A stretch of 53,415 nucleotides of DNA from a virus (taxonomy: Duplodnaviria > Caudoviricetes). The notes beneath the pieces were generated by a model that saw only the letters and a program-made list of their open reading frames with translations, searched no databases and was not told the origin of the DNA. Where the stretch lies: positions 1 to 53,415 of IMG/VR virus record IMGVR_UViG_3300032087_000658; one strand, 5' to 3'. Of this stretch, positions 28,478-35,907 are shown one piece after another (the stretch's first letter is position 1; the number at the start of each line of letters is the position of its first letter). The position numbers and the translations under genes were made by a program.

Positions 28478-28873
28478 TTATTCTCCCCATGTTCCATCTT
28501 CTCGGACTTTGGCTTTCTTTGTGCCACCCCAGTATTCAACTGCGTGTCCTTCTTTAATAAGAATCTGACAAATGCTTTTATTATTTTCATCATAAGGTAT
28601 TCCCAGTATTCTTCCGTACTTGCCCTTTCCTAGTGATTGTACTTTGAAAGCACCAACACATAGTTCTATAAGTCTTTTTTTTGCTTTTAAACCTAGTGCT
28701 TTTTCTTCTAAATTTCTTGTGCGTGATTCAGGAGTATCTATCCCTGCTAATCGCACTCTTTGTTTATGGAGTTTGACATCAAAGCCTAAATCAAGAGTCA
28801 CATCTATGGTGTCTCCATCTATTACCCTTTCTAGTATAGCGTTGTATACGAATGGCGTGACCGATTCAGACAT
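28478..28873 (-). CDS. Thermonuclease (SNase-like)
   Basis: RVIDGDT, RVRLAGIDTPE, GKYGRILG motifs. Confidence 0.93.
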   Translation of the reverse strand: MSESVTPFVYNAILERVIDGDTIDVTLDLGFDVKLHKQRVRLAGIDTPESRTRNLEEKALGLKAKKRLIELCVGAFKVQSLGKGKYGRILGIPYDENNKSICQILIKEGHAVEYWGGTKKAKVREDGTWGE

Positions 28874-28879
28874 AGCTAA

Positions 28880-29047
28880 CTACTTTTGTTTAGCTTTGCC
28901 AATGTTGAGTGCAAGTAATTCAATAAGTTTGTATAACTTAGCAATCATTGCATCATCTTTTGGTGTAGGAGTTAAAGCACAGATTATGGATGCACCGCAA
29001 ACAACACCTGTAATTATTCCCAACCATTCTCCTATCATTCCCATCAT
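28880..29047 (-). CDS. 55-aa membrane protein, holin candidate, absent from the ORF track
   Basis: Hand-translated MMGMIGEWLGIITGVVCGASIICALTPTPKDDAMIAKLYKLIELLALNIGKAKQK; AGGAG SD; lysis context. Confidence 0.7.
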   Translation of the reverse strand: MMGMIGEWLGIITGVVCGASIICALTPTPKDDAMIAKLYKLIELLALNIGKAKQK

Positions 29048-29087
29048 ATTAATCTCCTAATAATGAATGAAATTAAAGTCTATCAAA

Positions 29088-29480
29088 TTATTTGTTCTCT
29101 GACACCTTTTCTTCTTCATTATCTTCTTTGTCATAATCTCTATAATATTTGATAATTGATAAAGTATCTCTTAAATATCTTTTAATTTCTGCCATATTCA
29201 TAGATAGGTTTTCGTACTCTTTACTGGTTAATGAATAATAAGCAATGGCAGGAGCAGAGCCATTCTCGTAATTTTCTAGGTACTCTTTCATTAAATCAGG
29301 AGTTAATATTTCCCAGTCAATATCAACCAATCCAACTTCTAGGGGTAAAGGTGGATGGTAAAGGGGGACTGGCTCTGCAATCGTTACGACCTCAACAGGT
29401 TTAGCAGTGGGCATCATAGAACAGTTTGCAATAACAAAAAGACATGATATTAATATTATGCTTTTAATTTTCATCATCAA
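29088..29480 (-). CDS. Lipoprotein, o-spanin (Rz1-like) candidate
   Basis: Signal peptide with IANC lipobox; Pro-rich segment; overlaps the i-spanin candidate. Confidence 0.65.
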   Translation of the reverse strand: MMMKIKSIILISCLFVIANCSMMPTAKPVEVVTIAEPVPLYHPPLPLEVGLVDIDWEILTPDLMKEYLENYENGSAPAIAYYSLTSKEYENLSMNMAEIKRYLRDTLSIIKYYRDYDKEDNEEEKVSENK

Positions 29481-29859
29481 ACTGGTTTGGGTCTGTTAAA
29501 GCTATTATTTCTTCTTTGACTTTTTTAGTTCCCTTGTTCACAATATTTTCTATTAACTTAGGTTTGCTCAATGCTAAATTATCTAAATCATGTTTTGCAA
29601 AGGTTGTTCGTAGTTTGTTTACTTCTCTTACTGCTTCCTGTTTTTCTTTTTCTATTGCTTGTATCTGCTTTTGTGCCTTCTCTTGGTTGGCAAGATAAGT
29701 TTTAATTGATTCGTTTTGTTGTGCTATTGATTGTTCTAAGGCTATCTGATTGCCTTTTAAAGTAGAGATATTGTCTTGTAATCTATCAATATACCAAAAT
29801 GAACCACTAGCAGTAACTAGCAATAAACCACCTAGTATTATTGATAATTTGAATCCCAT
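29464..29859 (-). CDS. i-spanin (Rz-like) candidate
   Basis: Single N-terminal TM followed by a long coiled coil. Confidence 0.65.
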   Translation of the reverse strand: MGFKLSIILGGLLLVTASGSFWYIDRLQDNISTLKGNQIALEQSIAQQNESIKTYLANQEKAQKQIQAIEKEKQEAVREVNKLRTTFAKHDLDNLALSKPKLIENIVNKGTKKVKEEIIALTDPNQFDDEN

Positions 29860-31616
29860 GTATACACCTGTAATTTCTCGCTTTTACCTTTAGCTTCTAT
29901 TGGGTCTAAAGGTATCAAATCAAATTCTATCGCATTTTCTGTACTTTGACCAATTAGGAGATCAACACCAGCGTTTTTAGTTCCTGATTCTAATCTTGCT
30001 GCTACATTGACTGCATCACCGATAGCTGTGTAATCAAATCTATTTTCACTACCCATATTTCCTATAACCGCATATCCAGTGTTAATTCCTATGCCAATGG
30101 TTACTGGATTTATACCTTTGTCTGCTAAAACATAATTCAGTTCTATCATATTTTTTTGTATATCCATAGCACAAGCCAACGCCTTTGTTTCATGATTTTC
30201 TAAATCAAGGGGTGCATTAAAAATCGCCATCATGGCATCACCAATATATTTATCAACCATACCCCCATGCTTTTGTACTGCTTTTTGTTGAGCAGTAAGT
30301 GCTTGGTTCATAATGTAAGTCACCTGTTCAGGTTCTAGTGTTTCTGATAAAGCTGTAAACCCACGAACATCTGTAAATAAAAATGTTGCGTATCTTTTTT
30401 CTCCACCAAGTTTTAAAAGTTCAGGATTTTTTTGCAGTTGTTTTACTTGTCTTGGGTCTAAATAATGTTCAAATTGTTTCTTAATTTGTAATCTAAGTTT
30501 GTATTGTTCTCTAAATCTTAGATAAAAAGCTATAGAACCTGTAATAAACTGTGAGATCAATGTCCATGTTACATCTAACAAAATACCCCTGTGAATAAGT
30601 TCATATCCTGTATAAGCTGTTGATAACATTATTCCTAGACCTAATACTAAACCCCATGTTATGCCTAAAGTGTTCAATACAAGCCATATAAGGCTTACTG
30701 ATACAATAAATATAAGCATTTCTACAGCTAATGACCAATCAGGTATGTAAGGACTATCTTGTATTAAGATTGATTCTGCTAAAGCACTTTGTATTTTATG
30801 TGGTTCTAATAATCCAACTGGTGTTGCTATCTGTGGCATAACACCATTTGCTGTTACTCCTACAAATACAAACTTACCTGCTACATCCATTTCTTTTAAT
30901 GTAGTTTGTGGCGTATCTACCCAACTTATCCACTTACGACCAAGACTGTCTGTTTTTACTGGTGGTATTCCTCTAATTGATATTTCCTCTATACCATTAT
31001 CATTAGTTTTTATAATGTAAGTTCTAACATCAAATAATGCTTTGTATATTTGTGTACCGAATGATGGTATCCATTCTTTTTTAGGTGTGCTTACAAGTAG
31101 TGGGATTCTTCTAACAAGTTGGTCAACTTCGGTGGGAGCAATGGCTAATCCCTGTAATGTATTATCTGCTAGAGTGTTCAGGTTTTCCTTAACTCCCATA
31201 GATACTATACCATCAACATGGTTGCCTTTGACAACAGTACCAGTAGCTTTTGGGTATTTATTTTTGCCATCTTCAAACATTGCTATAACAGATGGTATGT
31301 ATCCCAAAGTCTTTGCAAAAACTTGATCTCCACCCATTCTATCTGCTTGTGGAAAAGATATTACCCAACCTACCCCTATAGCACCTGAATTAATAAGGTC
31401 TACTTGTATCTCTGCTAATCTTCTTCTTGGAAAAGGATAACCGCCTTCGTTTTCTACATCTTCTTCTGTGATGTTTAATATTACAAAGTTACCTGATGGC
31501 TCATATTTTTTTACAAAGGTATCAAAGGTTTTTAGTTTTAATATTTCAGTTGGTGTGCTTTGATATATAAAAGGTAAACATAAAATTAGTAGTATGGGTA
31601 TGAGCAATTTTTTCAT
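29838..31616 (-). CDS. Membrane class III adenylyl cyclase with periplasmic CHASE2 domain
   Basis: N-terminal TM; CHASE2 (YPFPRRRLA, DQLVRRIPL, TPVG); 3 TMs; FTDVRGFT, DKYIGDAMM, DYTAIGDAVNVAARLES. Confidence 0.95.
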   Translation of the reverse strand: MKKLLIPILLILCLPFIYQSTPTEILKLKTFDTFVKKYEPSGNFVILNITEEDVENEGGYPFPRRRLAEIQVDLINSGAIGVGWVISFPQADRMGGDQVFAKTLGYIPSVIAMFEDGKNKYPKATGTVVKGNHVDGIVSMGVKENLNTLADNTLQGLAIAPTEVDQLVRRIPLLVSTPKKEWIPSFGTQIYKALFDVRTYIIKTNDNGIEEISIRGIPPVKTDSLGRKWISWVDTPQTTLKEMDVAGKFVFVGVTANGVMPQIATPVGLLEPHKIQSALAESILIQDSPYIPDWSLAVEMLIFIVSVSLIWLVLNTLGITWGLVLGLGIMLSTAYTGYELIHRGILLDVTWTLISQFITGSIAFYLRFREQYKLRLQIKKQFEHYLDPRQVKQLQKNPELLKLGGEKRYATFLFTDVRGFTALSETLEPEQVTYIMNQALTAQQKAVQKHGGMVDKYIGDAMMAIFNAPLDLENHETKALACAMDIQKNMIELNYVLADKGINPVTIGIGINTGYAVIGNMGSENRFDYTAIGDAVNVAARLESGTKNAGVDLLIGQSTENAIEFDLIPLDPIEAKGKSEKLQVYTWDSNYQ

Positions 31617-31622
31617 AGATAC

Positions 31623-31631
31623 ATCATAACA
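31623..31631 (-). promoter_or_regulatory. Extended -10 promoter giving a probably leaderless cyclase mRNA
   Basis: TGTTATGAT 6 nt before the ATG at 31616; no SD. Confidence 0.55.
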
Positions 31632-31636
31632 GAAAA

Positions 31637-31677
31637 GTACAAAAAGGGTTGTTTATTACAAATAAATATCTATAATT
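31637..31677 (+). promoter_or_regulatory. Early promoter for the denV-like gene
   Basis: GTACAA-N3-GGGTTGTTTATT-N13-TATAATT, matching 24511-24551. Confidence 0.75.
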
Positions 31678-31706
31678 ATATTTATATTAATTTGAAAGGA
31701 GATATT

Positions 31707-32195
31707 ATGAATATATTTGCAGTAGAACAATGCCCTGAACAAGCCGCTAGAGCTTTACCTGATAAACTGATAGTTAAAATGCCATTAGAAACAGCACAAA
31801 TGCTTTCTACGGCACACAGATATCTTAGTCCTACAGAGTATTGTGAAGAAAAAAACTTATACAAGAAAGCATATTACAACCATCCTTGCACTGTTTGGGC
31901 AAGAGAAACACATGAAAACTATAGATGGTTGCTAATACATTTTATAACTTTGTGCGAAGAATACTATTTGCGATATGGCAGAATACATGCTTCTTGGGAT
32001 AAATTATGGGATGGCTTAAAAATATTTCCAATGAATATTAAAGAAGGCAGCTTAACACCTTTTGCACAAGCTATGCCTGAACAATACAAAAACCCTGTTG
32101 ACCATATTGATGCATATCGTACATACATGATTGCAGAAAAGCATTATGCAAAATGGGAAAAAGGTAGAGACAAGCCTGTTTGGTGGTCTAATTAG
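31707..32195 (+). CDS. Pyrimidine-dimer DNA glycosylase family protein (T4 DenV-like)
   Basis: MNIF, DKLIVKMPLETAQMLST, NHPCTVWAR, FAQAMP, AYRTY motifs; start re-called after AAAGGAG. Confidence 0.85.
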   Translation: MNIFAVEQCPEQAARALPDKLIVKMPLETAQMLSTAHRYLSPTEYCEEKNLYKKAYYNHPCTVWARETHENYRWLLIHFITLCEEYYLRYGRIHASWDKLWDGLKIFPMNIKEGSLTPFAQAMPEQYKNPVDHIDAYRTYMIAEKHYAKWEKGRDKPVWWSN

Positions 32196-33285
32196 ATTGT
32201 GTAATCTTTATTGTGCTACCCTCACCACCATTAATGGTAACAATGTTTGAAACACCATTTTGTATAAAGATAACAGTATAACTCGCACTTCCATCTATAT
32301 CTATTCTTGCTGAACTTTCTACACTTCGTAACAAAGTTAATTTTTCACCAGTATAGAAAGTTGTAATCTGTGTTTCTAAGTCTTGACCAAACTTTGTACC
32401 TTTAATGTTGGTTGTTATGGCATCTTGACCAAGCACATCTTCTTCTTTTGCAACTTCTAATGCATCTATAACATCTAGCAAATCTTCTAGGAAGTTGACA
32501 TCAAGATAGTTTATATCTAATTCTGTAAACTCTAATTCATCTTCTTTTAAAAAATCTTCTTCTAAGTAATCTATATCTAAATCATCAAAGTCTAAGATAT
32601 TTTTCTTCTGCACTACAGTTTCTTCACCTTCAATAATTTGTTCTTCAGGTGGTGTCACTATTAACATATTGTCTATGAGATCAAGCGTTAAATCTAAAAT
32701 TACTGGACGTGTTGGAGAATTTTCAAATACGGATACAGTTGTTGCTTCATAAGGTTTATTTAAAATAACACTACCTGTAGCTGTCATAACCTCTATTTCA
32801 CCACTAGATAAACCATATTTATCAGGTAAAAGAATTATAAGACTACGTCCAAGTTCATCTACAGTTGCTGTAAAGTCTGTTCCTCTAATGGCTATATTTG
32901 CTGTGGGTGTTTTAAGTTGTATGTTTTGTTTATCAATTTTGTTTAGATTGCCTGTAATAAACCTTGCTGTTCCTAATCCAAAGGTAAGAGCCATCTTTGA
33001 TTTAGATGGGTCAGGGTCATAGATATATTCGTCAATTAATAATTCAGAGTGTTCTGTTAATCTAACTGTTGAATCATCAAGAAAGGTAATAGCCATACGA
33101 CCATTAGTAGTTATGGCTTGATCATTACTTTGTATGCCGAGGTTTAATTCAGCTTGTAATGGTTCGTCTCTTAATATTCGTGCAACACCATTTAGTTCTG
33201 ATATATCACCTATATCAACAACCTGTTGCTGTTCCCCCATCGTTTTGAGTGATACAAATATTAGAGTTAGAAGTAGTAGTCTCAA
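32188..33285 (-). CDS. Exported FecR-domain protein with acidic linker
   Basis: Signal peptide; ITFLDDSTVRLTEHS, GTARF, TPTANIAIRGTDF motifs. Confidence 0.9.
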   Translation of the reverse strand: MRLLLLTLIFVSLKTMGEQQQVVDIGDISELNGVARILRDEPLQAELNLGIQSNDQAITTNGRMAITFLDDSTVRLTEHSELLIDEYIYDPDPSKSKMALTFGLGTARFITGNLNKIDKQNIQLKTPTANIAIRGTDFTATVDELGRSLIILLPDKYGLSSGEIEVMTATGSVILNKPYEATTVSVFENSPTRPVILDLTLDLIDNMLIVTPPEEQIIEGEETVVQKKNILDFDDLDIDYLEEDFLKEDELEFTELDINYLDVNFLEDLLDVIDALEVAKEEDVLGQDAITTNIKGTKFGQDLETQITTFYTGEKLTLLRSVESSARIDIDGSASYTVIFIQNGVSNIVTINGGEGSTIKITQSN

Positions 33286-33949
33286 TTTTTAACCAATCCT
33301 TTGCAAGTGTTGATGATTGTATGATGTTAAATGTATTACTGCTACCATCTAAATCCATGTAAAAATATCCTGAATCAGATGATGTGTTTCCTGAATATCC
33401 ACTAGCTGTAAAGTTGATAGTGTTTGAACCACCATTAATATCTACAAAGTTAATAGCATTAGCATAATCAATATCAAAATTTAATTCATTAGAATCACCT
33501 AAGATTGTCCAGTCTAAATCAAGATAAGATGAATCAGCGTTTTCTGCTATTTCTAAATCAAATTCATTACTGCTTCCAGTAACATCTAAATATAGATTTA
33601 TGTAATCTGCACTTATAAGACCAGTGCTATTTAATAAGATATCCATAACATTACTATCACCATCAAACTCAAAGAACCCAGTAAAGTTATCACCATCAAT
33701 AGCATCTGACCTAAAGATATTGCTTGAACCAATCTGATTAATATCTAAAGTCATACTAATACCATCAAGGTCAAGAGCAGTCATAGTTCCTGATACAGCA
33801 GAACTACCACCAATGAGGTTAGAGCTACCAAGTTGTTCTAAATCTATGGAAGCAGTATTACCGCTTTGGTCTACATAAATTTCATTATCCGCGTATGTTT
33901 GCAATGCAGTCATCATCACAAACAGGCTCATTAATTTCATTTTCTTCAT
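33215..33949 (-). CDS. Secreted curlin-like repeat protein (CsgA/CsgB-like)
   Basis: Signal peptide; repeated hydrophobic-x-hydrophobic-(Q/x)-x-G-(S/D)-S-N units; directly after csgG. Confidence 0.7.
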   Translation of the reverse strand: MKKMKLMSLFVMMTALQTYADNEIYVDQSGNTASIDLEQLGSSNLIGGSSAVSGTMTALDLDGISMTLDINQIGSSNIFRSDAIDGDNFTGFFEFDGDSNVMDILLNSTGLISADYINLYLDVTGSSNEFDLEIAENADSSYLDLDWTILGDSNELNFDIDYANAINFVDINGGSNTINFTASGYSGNTSSDSGYFYMDLDGSSNTFNIIQSSTLAKDWLKIETTTSNSNICITQNDGGTATGC

Positions 33950-34757
33950 ATTTCCAGTACCCTTTATCGTAACCGATAATAATAAGTTCTAATACAGCAC
34001 CTTCTATAGCTTTCATTAAGGCTATAGTAGTACTCTCGTTGCGTGAAACACCAAATTCCACTTCAACTAACTCAGTACCCATTTCTATGAATTTAAACAC
34101 ATCTTGTGACTGTCCATAGCTAAGTATTGTCTTACTAGACATTACTTCTACTAGTATTTCACCAGTAGCTACAGAAACCATTCTAAGGCTTACAGTGATT
34201 GTATCTTCACGATACTGCACACTAGAGCCTATTCCTAAATATCTTGCTCCTGCACCACCTGTGATTAGGTTACTATCATACGACACAACAGCACCTTCAA
34301 GCAATACACCTGCAAACAGCAAAGGCATTATAGTTTTTTTATCTTCTAATTCTTCTCTTGTACTTCTAATAATTTGTCTTTCTTTTGTTAAGTTATCTAA
34401 ACCAACTCTTTCAACAACTCTAAAAAATTCACCATTACTTGCGTGTTTTAATGCTCTTATTAATAGATTGCTTGGTGCTTGAGTTATAGCACTAGAAAAT
34501 AAAGCAAACTCACTGTTGCTCTTCCTTTGTCCTGTTTGGTCTGTAAAAGCAGTTGGATATACAGCAACTACTGGTTTTGTTTGTGGTGCTTGTACGTTTA
34601 ATAAATCCTGTGACTGTAAAGAAAAAATACTAGGCTTATCTTTGCTTTTATGTTGGAATCTTATCTGTTGCGTGTCCTCTATGACACTATTAATAGAACA
34701 ACTAGAAAGTAAAAGAACCAATAGGTAATGTGATCTCTGTAATATTGCCATCTGCAT
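33885..34757 (-). CDS. csgG: Curli secretion pore CsgG
   Basis: LLLSSC lipobox; VAVY..FTDQTGQRK, FRVVER.GLDNLTKERQIIR, PLLFAG, GGAGARYLGIG, QYRED motifs. Confidence 0.95.
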   Translation of the reverse strand: MQMAILQRSHYLLVLLLSSCSINSVIEDTQQIRFQHKSKDKPSIFSLQSQDLLNVQAPQTKPVVAVYPTAFTDQTGQRKSNSEFALFSSAITQAPSNLLIRALKHASNGEFFRVVERVGLDNLTKERQIIRSTREELEDKKTIMPLLFAGVLLEGAVVSYDSNLITGGAGARYLGIGSSVQYREDTITVSLRMVSVATGEILVEVMSSKTILSYGQSQDVFKFIEMGTELVEVEFGVSRNESTTIALMKAIEGAVLELIIIGYDKGYWKYEENEINEPVCDDDCIANIRG

Positions 34758-35247
34758 CAGTTATTTTAAGTGTTATAAATTGTCCATCAGATGTGTATTC
34801 TATAGTATTACCTTCAAGTTCTATAGTACCTTCAGTTTGTGGGGTTTCACCGAAAAGATTATCTACAAGTTGTCTTGATAGTTGAGCATAGATACGTGAC
34901 TCTAAGTTACGCATAAATCTTGCAAGTGTGGTGTTCTCTTTATCTCTTTCTATTTGTTCTTGTAAGGCTTTAATCTCTTCTTTGATTGTCATCTTCCTAT
35001 TAAACTCTTGGTTTTCAATAGTCAAGTAATGTGAACTCGTGTTGATGCCACTAAAAGATGGTGATTTGAACTTATGAACTATTTGGTCTGCTTTTATGTT
35101 AATTACTAAAATACCAATCAATAAAATAAAACCAATAACTGTAACTGTGTAAGCAATTCTATTTTTACTTAATTCTTCTGCTTTACGTTGTTTTTTTGTC
35201 ATTTTTTTCTTAATCTTTTCTTTGGTCATCTCTATCCGCCTTTGCAA
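34702..35247 (-). CDS. csgF: Curli assembly component CsgF
   Basis: Signal/TM then HKFKSPSFSG (compare CsgF FQFRNPNFGG); LESRIYAQLSRQL; adjacent to csgG. Confidence 0.85.
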   Translation of the reverse strand: MQRRIEMTKEKIKKKMTKKQRKAEELSKNRIAYTVTVIGFILLIGILVINIKADQIVHKFKSPSFSGINTSSHYLTIENQEFNRKMTIKEEIKALQEQIERDKENTTLARFMRNLESRIYAQLSRQLVDNLFGETPQTEGTIELEGNTIEYTSDGQFITLKITDADGNITEITLPIGSFTF

Positions 35248-35560
35248 TTTTACTGCTATCTATTAACTGTGGTACTCCTAAAATAGTTTTTATAAGGGTG
35301 TCTTGTCTTATGATTTCATTATCTAAGCTACGCACTCTATCAATTAATGCTACAAGTATTCCATGTTGTGAGTCAAGTTTTGTGCCTAATCGTTCTTCAA
35401 TAGCTGCTATCTGTGATTCTACTTTTTCATCAACATTATCAAGTTTGGTTTCCATGCCATCTACAATACGCATGATTAATTTATATATAAACCATCCTAA
35501 ACCAATTGCTGCTGCTATTGGAAAACCAACTTCTTGAATTACTTTTATTGCTGCATCCAT
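35210..35560 (-). CDS. Single-TM coiled-coil protein, holin-like
   Basis: IQEVGFPIAAAIGLGWFIY TM then coiled coil; overlaps csgF. Confidence 0.6.
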   Translation of the reverse strand: MDAAIKVIQEVGFPIAAAIGLGWFIYKLIMRIVDGMETKLDNVDEKVESQIAAIEERLGTKLDSQHGILVALIDRVRSLDNEIIRQDTLIKTILGVPQLIDSSKIAKADRDDQRKD

Positions 35561-35562
35561 AA

Positions 35563-35907
35563 TTATTCAACTATAGGTGAAACTTCATCTGCTCCATAAA
35601 TTTGCCATGTAAAATACACGTCTAAATCATCTTCTGTAACTGTGTTTTTATACCATTCTATTACTTTAGCATTCGTTAAATTTTCTACTAATATAAAATC
35701 ACTTGGTAGACCATTATCTTGTATTGAATAAACTCCATCTAAAGATGAATACATTTTCTCAGTCATGGTTTGTGTATTGTCTGCTTGGTCAACAGCTGAT
35801 ACTTCTACACAAACATTTTTAACAATTTGCGTATCATCATTTTGACTTAGTGGCATAGTTGATATGCTGTCAAAAGTGTATGTGTAGTTAAAATTATGTA
35901 CTGCCAT
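35563..35907 (-). CDS. Tail-tip-associated small acidic protein
   Basis: Coupled to the tail tip gene; DFILVENLTNAKVIEW pattern. Confidence 0.55.
   Translation of the reverse strand: MAVHNFNYTYTFDSISTMPLSQNDDTQIVKNVCVEVSAVDQADNTQTMTEKMYSSLDGVYSIQDNGLPSDFILVENLTNAKVIEWYKNTVTEDDLDVYFTWQIYGADEVSPIVE

Noticed and set aside
28477-28593. N-terminal extension of the endolysin (possible SAR or signal)
   Set aside because: Overlaps the SNase gene; a good SD precedes the internal ATG at 28476
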